From Prochlorococcus marinus subsp. pastoris str. CCMP1986 (lineage in GTDB: Bacteria > Cyanobacteriota > Cyanobacteriia > PCC-6307 > Cyanobiaceae): a DNA stretch of 32,000 bases. Positions 11,141-20,298 of this stretch are shown here, in pieces (the first letter of the stretch is position 1; the number at the start of each line of letters is the position of its first letter). Below the pieces are notes generated by a model that was not told the DNA's origin, did no database searches, and was given only the letters and a program-made list of their open reading frames with translations. Position numbers and translations under genes: made by a program. The stretch is taken from the NCBI RefSeq assembly GCF_000011465.1, contig NC_005072.1, forward strand, positions 780,001 through 812,000. The letters are read 5' to 3'.

Positions 11141-11785
11141 ATGCTTATACCAATAAAACAAAATCAAATATCTAAACTTATCCCTTCTGTGGGGACAGGT
11201 GGTCAGTTTAAATATACACTTGGAGATCCCAGAAAAGTTTTGCAGAAACTTATTATTTCCTCTATTGGAGGAGTTTTAAATCTCTTGCTTTTTATTAGTC
11301 AATCATCAACTCAGACTGAAAATCTTTGGTTATTGTTATGTGTGATCTTTTTTCTCTACATAATATGGGGACCAATTCTTGAATCAAGCAGAAAAAATAT
11401 TAAATATAAAAATTCTAAGTTCTTTTCTCTCTTTGATGGTTATGTATCTGATATCTATAAAACTGAAAGAATTGAAAGTTCACGTGAGCAATCAAATAGG
11501 CAAGGTCGTTTAGAGTTGATTGAAAAAAAAAGAACTTGGTTAGTTATTGAATTGGAGGATGAGGATGGTTATTTAGATAAAATTAGTTTTCCCATGGAAA
11601 ACAAACATAGTCGAATTAGAGTTGGTTCCAATATTAGATGCATTATTTCATCTAATTATAGAAGCTTTGAAAGAGAGATTTACTTGACTGATGCATGGTT
11701 ACCTGACGAAAATATTTGGATAGGAGAGTACCCTTATTTGCTTCGACCAGCATTTGAAGAAATTTGCTATATTTATCTGAAGTAA
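11141..11785 (+). CDS. Conserved hypothetical membrane protein (214 aa)
   Basis: The ATG immediately follows the dapB stop (TAAATG). Two hydrophobic segments (IISSIGGVLNLLLFI, LWLLLCVIFFLYIIWGPIL) precede a soluble C-terminal domain. No motif recognised. Confidence 0.65.
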   Translation: MLIPIKQNQISKLIPSVGTGGQFKYTLGDPRKVLQKLIISSIGGVLNLLLFISQSSTQTENLWLLLCVIFFLYIIWGPILESSRKNIKYKNSKFFSLFDGYVSDIYKTERIESSREQSNRQGRLELIEKKRTWLVIELEDEDGYLDKISFPMENKHSRIRVGSNIRCIISSNYRSFEREIYLTDAWLPDENIWIGEYPYLLRPAFEEICYIYLK

Positions 11786-11806
11786 ATTGTCGTTATATAT
11801 TAATTG

Positions 11807-12961
11807 ATGAATAATTATTTAAATTTTAAAATTGTTGGTTCTGGTCCCTCTGGATTACTTTTGGCTATATCTTTAGCGAAATTAAATTTCAATATTTACA
11901 TTACAGATTTACTAACAAGAGAGAAACTAATAAATAAAGACAAAACATATGCCATTACGCATTCAACAAGAAAGATACTTTCAAAATTTAATCTTTGGAG
12001 TAAATTAAAATCTTATCTTTATAAATTTGATTCTCTTTCAATTTCAGACAGTGTAACTTCAGATTTCACAATTTTAACTACTTCTGATTTAGATAAAGAT
12101 ATTTGTTCTTTAGATACTATTGGTTGGGTAGTTAAACATTCTGATCTTATGAATGTATTTTTCGATGAGGTCGATAATGTAGATAATATATTTTTTAAAT
12201 CTTCTTTAGATCTATCTTTCAATGATATTAAATTTGATTTTGAATTTGTATCAACCGGGGCAAATCCAAACCACAAAAAAAATCGAAATTTTATAGATAT
12301 TAGAAAATCATATAATCAGTCTTGTTTAACATTTGAAGTTTTAGTTAGGGGAAATGTTCCTAGGCGCGCATATGAAATATTTAGAAAGGAAGGTCCATTA
12401 GCTTTATTACCACTAGATAAAAATAAGTATCAAATAATTTGGACAGCTACTACATCTAAATCAATGGATAGATTAAATTCAAGTAAAAGCTTTTTGTTAG
12501 ATAACTTGTCAACAATATTACCTGATAATTTTAAGTTAGATCAAATCAATAGCGATATTAATATTTTTCCTGTTTCTCTATCTTTTCGCCTGCCAATTTT
12601 TAATTTTAAAAAGGTTGTATTTGTTGGAGATTCATTTCATACCTTCCATCCTGTTGGAGGACAAGGGTTAAACACTTGTTGGAGAGATGTTAATGTCATA
12701 TATGATATTTTTAATAGAAATTTTCCTGTAAGTAATAGAGCTTTGAACATATTTAAATATAAATACTATTTTATAAGATGTTTAGATATTATTTCAACTA
12801 TTGTTGTTACAGATTCTTTAATTCAATTTTTTGCAAATAATAAATTTTTCTTATTACCTTTTAGAAAATTCTCTTTTTTACTTTTAAATAAGTTTATTTT
12901 TATGAGGAGAATCATATTAAATCATATGACTAAGTCTTTAATCTATTCTTCAATTAAATAA
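11807..12961 (+). CDS. FAD-dependent aromatic-ring hydroxylase, UbiH/Coq6 family (possibly prenylquinone biosynthesis)
   Basis: Dinucleotide-binding motif KIVGSGPSGLLLAISLA and the family motif VFVGDSFHTFHPVGGQGLNTCWRDV. TTG at 11804 is immediately followed by ATG at 11807. Confidence 0.8.
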   Translation: MNNYLNFKIVGSGPSGLLLAISLAKLNFNIYITDLLTREKLINKDKTYAITHSTRKILSKFNLWSKLKSYLYKFDSLSISDSVTSDFTILTTSDLDKDICSLDTIGWVVKHSDLMNVFFDEVDNVDNIFFKSSLDLSFNDIKFDFEFVSTGANPNHKKNRNFIDIRKSYNQSCLTFEVLVRGNVPRRAYEIFRKEGPLALLPLDKNKYQIIWTATTSKSMDRLNSSKSFLLDNLSTILPDNFKLDQINSDINIFPVSLSFRLPIFNFKKVVFVGDSFHTFHPVGGQGLNTCWRDVNVIYDIFNRNFPVSNRALNIFKYKYYFIRCLDIISTIVVTDSLIQFFANNKFFLLPFRKFSFLLLNKFIFMRRIILNHMTKSLIYSSIK

Positions 12962-12966
12962 TTTCT

Positions 12967-13161
12967 ATGGATAATAATTCAAATAGAAAAATAATATTAT
13001 TTCTTATGGATGAAATTGGATTAAACGAGTCTTCGATTGAGCTAGGATTAAAGTTGTCAATTAAAAATAATACGCCACTTCCTATTCTTCTTTGGAATTA
13101 TGGAATATTAACAATTGAAGAACTGGATCAGTTTTATACATTTTTATTTCAAAGTAAATAA
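12967..13161 (+). CDS. Small conserved cyanobacterial protein, DUF2949-like (64 aa)
   Basis: Starts 5 nt after the hydroxylase stop. The core NTPLPILLWNYGILTIEELDQFY resembles the pattern I recall for DUF2949 (PLPmiLWqYGL.t.eQLd). The family name is from memory and unverified. Confidence 0.6.
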   Translation: MDNNSNRKIILFLMDEIGLNESSIELGLKLSIKNNTPLPILLWNYGILTIEELDQFYTFLFQSK

Positions 13162-13198
13162 TAAATATTCTGTTATGATCTGTAAATAGCGTTCTAAG

Positions 13199-13729
13199 TT
13201 GACCATTACTATCTTATCCAAAGGAAAACAGATATCTAGAGAATCTATACAAAGACTTGATTTACTTTTACTAGCTCTAGAAACTATTGATTTAAATGGT
13301 GCTGAATCTCTATATTCTTTATCAGTCAAACTTAATTTAAAGGAAGTCATACCTAATAAAGTTACTATTTGGAAACTAAGGAATAATAACCCAATGAGGA
13401 ATTCTTTTAATAATATCAATATTAAATTGGAGGAATTTGAAGCACTAATTAAACTTGCTTCTGAAATGGCAAAATTTTTATATCCTTACATAAGACAAAT
13501 ACTTCAATCCAGAGATGATCATATTAGAAATCCTAATGCTTGGAATGAATTTAAGAAAAGATATATTGAATTAATTAATGAAAGGTTTAATACTAATAGT
13601 ATGAAGGTCAAAAGACTTCTTGATCCTAATTGTAATGATGAGGTTTTTAATAAAATTATACTTACTTTAGCTTTGTGCGTCGCAGACGATGGTTTTCTAA
13701 AATTAAGAACAAATTTACTTAATTATTAA
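13199..13729 (+). CDS. Conserved cyanobacterial protein, DUF3038-like (176 aa)
   Basis: TTG start, with no in-frame ATG until mid-protein. LDLLLLALETIDLNGAESL ... KVTIWKLRNNNPMRN ... EEFEALIKLASEMAKFLYPYIRQIL fits my recollection of DUF3038. The antisense ORF 13144..13419 is judged spurious. Confidence 0.6.
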   Translation: MTITILSKGKQISRESIQRLDLLLLALETIDLNGAESLYSLSVKLNLKEVIPNKVTIWKLRNNNPMRNSFNNINIKLEEFEALIKLASEMAKFLYPYIRQILQSRDDHIRNPNAWNEFKKRYIELINERFNTNSMKVKRLLDPNCNDEVFNKIILTLALCVADDGFLKLRTNLLNY

Positions 13730-13730
13730 T

Positions 13731-14351
13731 ATGTTGCAAAATAAATTTTTATTTAATCAATCTTCAGTAAGCCTTGAAATTATTGGATTGCCTGATTATT
13801 CAAATAACGAAAATAAAGACTACATATCAATTATTTCGCAATGGAAACTTATGATTATTGATAAGCCTGTTGTAGAAGGAAATTTGGAACATTTAAAGTC
13901 AATTATGAAGGCTTTTTATTATTACTCTAATTCCCTTTTAAATGATGAAAATCCAAGATATGAATCCAATTTAATTGATATTACCTCTGAGAATTTTTAT
14001 ACACATATACTTCTTTTGAAGAGTTCCAAACCTGAGGTTAAGCCTTTAAATATAAGAATTGGAAATTCAGTTTTAGCAGATACCATAAATTGTTTTGACC
14101 AATTATGTTCTTCAAATAAAGTTAAAAATATTTATCAAAAAGAATTTACAAATTTTAAAAATAAAAATCATTTAAGTTTATTGGATAAAAAAAATATCTT
14201 TAATTTTCTATTGCCTCCATTATTTTCATTATGCTCTATTTTTCTCGTTTCTACTGCCTTAATTTATGTTTATGATGGAAATGATAATAGTTCTTTAATA
14301 AATACTAAAAACAAACTTATTAGCATTAAATCCTCAAACAAGTTACTATAA
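13731..14351 (+). CDS. Conserved cyanobacterial protein, DUF4335-like, with a C-terminal TM helix (206 aa)
   Basis: The ATG lies 1 nt after the upstream stop (TAATATG). SLEIIGLPD...ISIISQWKLMI..KPVVEGNLEHLKSIMKAFYYYSNSLL fits the DUF4335 pattern. The C-terminal hydrophobic segment is FNFLLPPLFSLCSIFLVSTALIYVY. Confidence 0.6.
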   Translation: MLQNKFLFNQSSVSLEIIGLPDYSNNENKDYISIISQWKLMIIDKPVVEGNLEHLKSIMKAFYYYSNSLLNDENPRYESNLIDITSENFYTHILLLKSSKPEVKPLNIRIGNSVLADTINCFDQLCSSNKVKNIYQKEFTNFKNKNHLSLLDKKNIFNFLLPPLFSLCSIFLVSTALIYVYDGNDNSSLINTKNKLISIKSSNKLL

Positions 14352-14388
14352 AAAATAATTCTTATTTGAGAATTATTTTTGATTTTTT
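14351..14388 (+). terminator. Putative intrinsic terminator after the DUF4335-like gene
   Basis: Perfect 12-bp inverted repeat: AAAAATAATTCT (14351-14362), 6-nt loop, AGAATTATTTTT (14369-14380), then GA plus T6 (14383-14388). The stem has only 2 G:C pairs out of 12 and is therefore weak. Confidence 0.45.
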
Positions 14389-14418
14389 AGTTTGATTTAT
14401 TAGTTTGATTTTTTATAA

Positions 14419-14787
14419 ATGGCCGATTTAAAAATACCTAATTTGAATAAGAATTCTGATAAATATTTTTTTAAAAAAAAGTTATCTTTGAGAAGAAAGT
14501 CTAAAAGTAAATTGATAAATGAATCTTTTATTATGATTTTTTTTAGTGCCTTAATATTTTATCTAATTTATTTAATCCCGAATAAAATCTCAATTTTTAA
14601 AAACTTATTTATTAATTTTAGTAAATTGTTTGCCAACTTTTTAGACTCAATCTCATATATTTATGAAATTTGTTTATCTATATTTATTATATTTTCATTA
14701 ATATTTTCCTTAATTTTATTTATAGGCTCATTTTCAAGAATACTAAAAGTAGTAAAAAGAAAAACTAGCCGATTAAACCTTAAATAG
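14419..14787 (+). CDS. Hypothetical membrane protein (122 aa)
   Basis: An uninterrupted 122-codon frame in an AT-rich genome. It has a basic N-terminus, at least two hydrophobic segments (FIMIFFSALIFYLIYLI, CLSIFIIFSLIFSLILFIGSF) and a basic C-terminus. No family recognised. Confidence 0.5.
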   Translation: MADLKIPNLNKNSDKYFFKKKLSLRRKSKSKLINESFIMIFFSALIFYLIYLIPNKISIFKNLFINFSKLFANFLDSISYIYEICLSIFIIFSLIFSLILFIGSFSRILKVVKRKTSRLNLK

Positions 14788-14941
14788 GGTTCATTAAACC
14801 GCCACTTCCAGAATCTGAATCATCGTCATCATTTTCAGTTTCGAATCCTAGTAAAGCGTATATACCAACTGCTACAGATGAAATTAATAAAGTAAAAGGT
14901 AAAATCGAAGTTTGTAATCCGACATCAATGTATTCACCCAT
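14780..14941 (-). CDS. Candidate small single-pass membrane protein with an acidic tail (53 aa)
   Basis: Not in the ORF track. ATG 14941 to TAA 14782-14780 gives MGEYIDVGLQTSILPFTLLISSVAVGIYALLGFETENDDDDSDSGSGGLMNPI. It has one clear TM helix and locally higher G+C than the flanks. It sits 73 nt downstream of mfd on the same strand. Confidence 0.4.
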   Translation of the reverse strand: MGEYIDVGLQTSILPFTLLISSVAVGIYALLGFETENDDDDSDSGSGGLMNPI

Positions 14942-15014
14942 TTAATAAAAAAATTTTTTATTAACCTAACCGAAATTTCACTTATCCGCGGTTATTAAAT
15001 ATTTATTTAATGTT

Positions 15015-18000
15015 TTAGATCTTTGTAACGGAAGTTTCTTTATCAAAGTTATTTATTTCTTTTACAAAAAGTCCTAACCAATAGATTAACTGATCAATTT
15101 GATTTTGAATATCTGTGACACCTAATCCTCTAATAATTATTTTTGAGAACTGATCATCTTCTTCATAATTAAATTTTGATTGAATATTTGATGGTAAACC
15201 TTTTTTAATAAGTTTGAATGTAGAGTTTTTTAGCCTAGTTTCTATTATTACATTTGGTTTTTTAAGTTTAATTTTATTAAAGCCACACTTTTTTGCTAAC
15301 AATTTTAACTTCATTAACAATATTAAGGATTCTACAGGTTTGGGTAAAACTCCATACCTATTTGTCCAGTCAGTTGCTAGCTCTGTAAGCTCTTTGTGAT
15401 TGGTACATTCGGTAGCATATTTATAAGCATCTAGTTTCTCTTCTCGGTTTAATATCCATGTTCCTGGTATAAAAGCATTAATTGGCAAATCAACTTGCGT
15501 ATCATTGACTTCTGGTACTTCTTGACCATTTATTTCTGAGATTGCTTCATGAAGCATTTCAATATATAAGTCATATCCTATGGCATTAACTTTTCCACTT
15601 TGCTCTTCGCCTAATAAGCTCCCAACACCTCTTATTTCCATATCTTTCATGGCTAGTTGATATCCACTTCCTAGTTCAGAGAAATCTTTTATAGCCTTTA
15701 ACCTTTGCTTAGAGGCTTCATTAATTTTGTTTATATTTGGATAAAATAGCCATGCATGAGCTTGTATTCCACTTCTTCCGACTCTTCCACGTAATTGATA
15801 AAGTTGTGAAAGACCAAATTTATGTGAATCTTCGATTACGATTGTGTTTACTCTAGGTATATCTAATCCGCTTTCAATAATTGTAGTGCAAATCATTAGA
15901 TCAACCTCGCCATTATTAAATGCAATCATTGCATTTTCAAGATCTATTTCATTCATCTGTCCATGAGCGACAATGTACTTTAAATCTTTAAACATATTTT
16001 TTAATTTATTAACCGCTTGATCAATATCAGATATTCTTGGAAGAACATAGAAAATTTGACCACCTCTATCAAGTTCTTGACTTATCGCAGTTCTGATTAC
16101 ATCCATATCAATTTCAGATAAATACGTTTTAATCGATCTTCTAGATGGCGGTGGAGTATTTAATAAACTCATTTGTCTAAGGCCAGACAAACTCATATAC
16201 AGAGTTCTTGGGATTGGTGTGGCTGAAAGAGTTAAAACGTCAATATTTGTTTTTATATTTTTTATTTTTTCTTTTTGCCTAACTCCAAATCTTTGTTCTT
16301 CGTCAATAACAAGTAATCCTAAGTTTTTAATTTCGATCTCTTTTCCTAAAATTTGATGAGTAGCTACAACTAAGTCAATTTTATTATTTTTTAAACCATT
16401 ATAAATATCTTTTTTCTCAGTATTTGTTTTAAATCTGTTCAGTAGAGAAACTTTTATTGGGTAAGGAGAAAATCTATTATAAAAAGTTCTCCAGTGTTGT
16501 TGAGCTAAAATTGTTGTTGGAGCAAGTAAGATTACCTGCTTACCAGATGTAATTGCTTTAAAAATTGCTCTTACGGCTACTTCTGTTTTTCCGAACCCGA
16601 CGTCTCCACAAACTAATCTATCCATTGGCTTATCGCTTTCCATATCAATTTTTACTTCTTTAACAGCTGTTATTTGATCTGGAGTAGCTTGATAAGGGAA
16701 TGACTCTTCTAACTCTTTTTGCCAAGGCCCATCTTCTGGGAATATATGACCTTTAAGTTTTTCCCTTTTTGCGTAAAGTTTTAAAATGTCTAAGGCAACT
16801 TTTTTTATTATTTTTCTATTTTTATCTTTTATTTTTAACCATTCTGTGCCTCCTAATTTATTTATTCTAGGCTTTATTTTTCCACTAGATCTATATCTGT
16901 TTATACTCCCAAGTTGATCAGCTGCAACGCTTATTTTTCCATCAAGATAACGAATGACTAAGTAGTCTCTTGATTCACCGGTAATGTTTATTTTTTCTAT
17001 TTTTAAAAATTGTCCAATACCATGGTTTTTATGAACTATATAATCTCCTGGATTTATTTTATTTACATTTATATTTGAATTTACACTCCTTTTTCTTTTT
17101 CTTATAAATACATTATTAAATAAAGCTTGCTGAGAAAATAATTCTTTGTCTGTTATTAGAATTACTTTCCATATCGGCAAATAAAATCCTTCTATTTCAT
17201 AATTATTTTTATTTTTAATAATTACTGGTGTCGAATTTTCAATTAACTTATGCGCGCTTTCAAGATCGTTGGGTTTGTCTAAGTAAGTTGTATTACATTC
17301 ATGCTCAAAAAATAAACTTTTTGTTCGTAGTGGCTGCGCTGATAATATCCAGACTTTATCTTTATTTAATATAAATTTATTTATTTCTTTTGAAAGTTTG
17401 CCAATATGTTTAGAAGAGGTATTAATGCGTTTATCTGACAAAAGAAATCTATTATCTAAATTTCTTTTTGACTCGAATTCATATAAATTTATTACATTAT
17501 AATTACTAAAAGTTTTTATAATTGATTCAAATTTTTCGTGAAGATTAGATTTAACTTTTATATTTATATTATTAGATTTTAAGTTGTTGGCGATTTCATC
17601 TTTATGTAGTTCAAAATTATTATCTGATTCAAGACACCAATTATTAGAAAATTTATTACATTCCTCTTTTTCGTCGATGACAATTAATGTTTCTTTATTT
17701 ATGTAATCTAATAGGTTTGATGGATGTTCCTCAATTACCCCCAAGTATCTATCAAGATTATTCTTAGTTGTTATTTCTTCTGAATTAAATGTACCTTGTT
17801 CTGATAAATTTTCTAAGCTTTTTCTTATTAATAAATTAAAGCCGACTTGTACAATTTCAACCTTATTAACACTATCTAATGTTCTTTGTGATACTGGATC
17901 ATATTCTCGTATTTTATCAATAATATTATCAAAGTATTCTATTCTTACAGGCAGTTCATTATTAACTGGATAAATATCAATAATTTCTCCTCTTCTACTC

Positions 18001-18530
18001 CATGACCCTTCTTGCGAAGTTAAATTTTCTTTATTATAGCCGAGTAAAACTAACTTTTTTGTTAACTCTTTTATGTCTAGTTCATTTCCCTTAATTAGTG
18101 TAAATATATTTTCCTTAAATTGATTAATTTTAATTAAATGAGGTTGTAGGGATCGTTCAGTTGTTATTATTATGTTTAATTCTTTTCTTTCTTTTTTAAT
18201 AATTTTAGAGATAACTGATAACTGTGAATATTCAGTCTCCTTTGACCTGTTAATTGAAGCATATGGCAAATTTTCACTTGGAGGATAATATAATACATTT
18301 CTATTATCTATACTATCGAAATATCCATACCATTTGTAGGCAATTTCCTCGTTAGGACTTATAAGTAAGATATCTTTATTTTCTTTATTAGCAATACTAT
18401 TTATAATAATTGATTTTGCATATCTACTGGAGCCAATGATGTTTAGTTCATTATTATGTTTAATTCTTTTTACTAACTCTATTATTATTTGTGAATTTGA
18501 AATATAACTAATTAATGAATTTAAACTCAT
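15015..18530 (-). CDS. mfd: Transcription-repair coupling factor (1171 aa)
   Basis: Superfamily-2 helicase core with GDVGFGKTEVA (Walker A) and LLVIDEEQRFG (DEEQ box). It also has a CarD-like RNAP-interacting domain (GDYIVHKNHGIGQFLKI), a TRG motif region and a UvrB-homology N-terminus. Confidence 0.95.
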   Translation of the reverse strand: MSLNSLISYISNSQIIIELVKRIKHNNELNIIGSSRYAKSIIINSIANKENKDILLISPNEEIAYKWYGYFDSIDNRNVLYYPPSENLPYASINRSKETEYSQLSVISKIIKKERKELNIIITTERSLQPHLIKINQFKENIFTLIKGNELDIKELTKKLVLLGYNKENLTSQEGSWSRRGEIIDIYPVNNELPVRIEYFDNIIDKIREYDPVSQRTLDSVNKVEIVQVGFNLLIRKSLENLSEQGTFNSEEITTKNNLDRYLGVIEEHPSNLLDYINKETLIVIDEKEECNKFSNNWCLESDNNFELHKDEIANNLKSNNINIKVKSNLHEKFESIIKTFSNYNVINLYEFESKRNLDNRFLLSDKRINTSSKHIGKLSKEINKFILNKDKVWILSAQPLRTKSLFFEHECNTTYLDKPNDLESAHKLIENSTPVIIKNKNNYEIEGFYLPIWKVILITDKELFSQQALFNNVFIRKRKRSVNSNINVNKINPGDYIVHKNHGIGQFLKIEKINITGESRDYLVIRYLDGKISVAADQLGSINRYRSSGKIKPRINKLGGTEWLKIKDKNRKIIKKVALDILKLYAKREKLKGHIFPEDGPWQKELEESFPYQATPDQITAVKEVKIDMESDKPMDRLVCGDVGFGKTEVAVRAIFKAITSGKQVILLAPTTILAQQHWRTFYNRFSPYPIKVSLLNRFKTNTEKKDIYNGLKNNKIDLVVATHQILGKEIEIKNLGLLVIDEEQRFGVRQKEKIKNIKTNIDVLTLSATPIPRTLYMSLSGLRQMSLLNTPPPSRRSIKTYLSEIDMDVIRTAISQELDRGGQIFYVLPRISDIDQAVNKLKNMFKDLKYIVAHGQMNEIDLENAMIAFNNGEVDLMICTTIIESGLDIPRVNTIVIEDSHKFGLSQLYQLRGRVGRSGIQAHAWLFYPNINKINEASKQRLKAIKDFSELGSGYQLAMKDMEIRGVGSLLGEEQSGKVNAIGYDLYIEMLHEAISEINGQEVPEVNDTQVDLPINAFIPGTWILNREEKLDAYKYATECTNHKELTELATDWTNRYGVLPKPVESLILLMKLKLLAKKCGFNKIKLKKPNVIIETRLKNSTFKLIKKGLPSNIQSKFNYEEDDQFSKIIIRGLGVTDIQNQIDQLIYWLGLFVKEINNFDKETSVTKI

Positions 18531-18604
18531 TTATATTTAATTAACTTGATTACTACTTAAGGTTATATTATATTATATTTTACAAAGATTGTGAATAATA
18601 ATTA

Positions 18605-19315
18605 ATGGATTCTGCTGCAATAAATTCCTTTATACCAACGCTTGATCAAGTTGATAGTTGGTCAGAAATTTTTACACTTTTACCTATCTTGATTATTTTA
18701 GAATTATTGCTATCGGCAGATAACGCGATTGCTTTGGCATCGCTTACTAAATCTCTTGATAGTCCTTTATTAAGATCTAAAGCTTTAAATATAGGCATAA
18801 CTATTTCTTTATTATTCAGAATATTTCTTATTCTCCTATCAAATATTCTTCTGAAATTTATAATAATTCGCATATTTGCAGGTTTATATCTTATTTATTT
18901 ATTTATATCAAATGTGTTTTTTAATAGCGAGTCCGACACTCAAGAAACAGACAATGATAAAAAGAATAATAATTTTAAATTTCTAAAGATTGTTGCTTTG
19001 CTTTCTTTGACTGATTTCGCCTTTTCAATTGACAGCATTACAACAGCTGTTGCTATAAGTGATCAATATATTCTTATTATTTTTGGAGCAATTATAGGTG
19101 TATTAGCATTACGATTTACTTCAGGTATATTTCTTAATCTTTTAGAGAAATTTGTAAGATTAGAAACTGCTGGTTACATTGCTATATTAATTGTTGGGAT
19201 AAAGCTTCTTCTAAATACATTAATTACTGAGACAATTCTTCCAGATTATTATTTTTATATTTTGATATTAATTTCTTTCATTTGGGGTTTATCCAAAAGG
19301 GATCAAATAATTTAG
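18605..19315 (+). CDS. TerC-family integral membrane protein (236 aa)
   Basis: Multi-TM protein with the family signature LELLLSADNAIALASL and a second pseudo-repeat, DFAFSIDSITTAVAIS. Confidence 0.8.
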   Translation: MDSAAINSFIPTLDQVDSWSEIFTLLPILIILELLLSADNAIALASLTKSLDSPLLRSKALNIGITISLLFRIFLILLSNILLKFIIIRIFAGLYLIYLFISNVFFNSESDTQETDNDKKNNNFKFLKIVALLSLTDFAFSIDSITTAVAISDQYILIIFGAIIGVLALRFTSGIFLNLLEKFVRLETAGYIAILIVGIKLLLNTLITETILPDYYFYILILISFIWGLSKRDQII

Positions 19316-20298
19316 TCAGAAAAATTTTCTCCAATTACAGGATTTAATTGTTGTATCAATTGATTTTGACTTGATACTTTTTTACCTTCTAGTTTTGCTT
19401 CTAATAAAAGAATTGGATCAGTTTTTGTTGTTATGATAATTCCTACATTTTTTATAAGTCCAATTATTAATCCAGGTTTAAATACATTACTTAAAATTTT
19501 ATAATTTTTATTGTGTATTTCATGAGTTGTTAGGATCTTTATTTTTATTATTTTGAGGTTTTTCCTTTTATAAGTTGTATTGGCTCTTGGGTATAAGGCA
19601 TTTATTTTTCTATAAATATCAGTTGCAGAATTTTCCCAATTTATTATGTAATCTAATTTGTTAATCATTCGTGCATATTTTAATTCTCGTTTAAAATCTG
19701 TTTGTTTTTTAAGTAAAAGATTAATATCTCTATTTTTATTTTGTTCTATATCTGATATCGCTCTCAAAAATAACTCTGATGATAAATCACTTAATTTTTT
19801 AGTTAAGGTTTTAAGATTATCATTATTCTCAATTTTAATTTGTTTTTCAACTAATACGTCCCCAGTATCTAATCCTTCTTCCATTCTCATTATTCCTACA
19901 CCAGTTATTTTGTCTCCCTCTAATATTGACCATTGAATTGGTGCAGCACCCCTCCATCTTGGAAGTAGTGATGCATGTGCATTCCATGATTTGTATTTAG
20001 GAATATCCAATATCGCCTTGGGTAATATCTTTCCATATGCAATTACAATAAAAAGATCACAAGATAAATCGTTAAGTATGCTAATAAATTGAATATTTTC
20101 CTTTATTGTTTCTGGTGTAAATACTGGAATATTTTCCTTAGTAGCATATTCCTTCACTGGTGATGATATTAACTTATTACCTCTAGATCTTTTTTTATCT
20201 GGTTGGGTAATTACAGCAACAATATCATGATCTGATTTCTTTAATACTTCAAGACTTTTAACTGAATATTCAGGCGTACCCCAAAATATAATTCTCAC
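19312..20298 (-). CDS. fmt: Methionyl-tRNA formyltransferase
   Basis: GTG start (20298-20296) gives MRIIFWGTPEYSV. Catalytic region reads NAHASLLPRWRGAAPIQWSILEGD. The start overlaps the pmbA stop as GTGA, and the 3' end overlaps the convergent TerC-family gene by 4 nt. Confidence 0.93.
   Translation of the reverse strand: MRIIFWGTPEYSVKSLEVLKKSDHDIVAVITQPDKKRSRGNKLISSPVKEYATKENIPVFTPETIKENIQFISILNDLSCDLFIVIAYGKILPKAILDIPKYKSWNAHASLLPRWRGAAPIQWSILEGDKITGVGIMRMEEGLDTGDVLVEKQIKIENNDNLKTLTKKLSDLSSELFLRAISDIEQNKNRDINLLLKKQTDFKRELKYARMINKLDYIINWENSATDIYRKINALYPRANTTYKRKNLKIIKIKILTTHEIHNKNYKILSNVFKPGLIIGLIKNVGIIITTKTDPILLLEAKLEGKKVSSQNQLIQQLNPVIGENFSD

Noticed and set aside
13144-13419. A 91-aa minus-strand ORF overlapping the DUF2949-like 3' end and the DUF3038-like 5' half
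   Set aside because: The plus-strand frame carries the recognisable DUF3038-like conserved blocks and fits the tight operon spacing. The minus-strand product has no features and would collide with two plus-strand genes.
14388-14413. A 13-nt tandem duplication (TAGTTTGATTTAT / TAGTTTGATTTTT) just upstream of the 122-aa ORF
   Set aside because: Only two copies of low-complexity T-rich sequence. There is no evidence of function, and it is too short to call a repeat element.
14944-14963. An A/T-only palindrome (AATAAAAAAATTTTTTATT) between mfd and the 53-aa ORF, considered as a terminator
   Set aside because: The stem would be entirely A:U pairs with essentially no loop, so it is thermodynamically negligible. 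Such runs are common in this AT-rich genome.
18531-18604. A possible yybP-ykoY (Mn) riboswitch upstream of the TerC-family gene
   Set aside because: The spacer is only 74 nt, extremely AT-rich, shared with the divergent mfd promoter, and lacks the G+C-rich four-way-junction helices of that riboswitch class.
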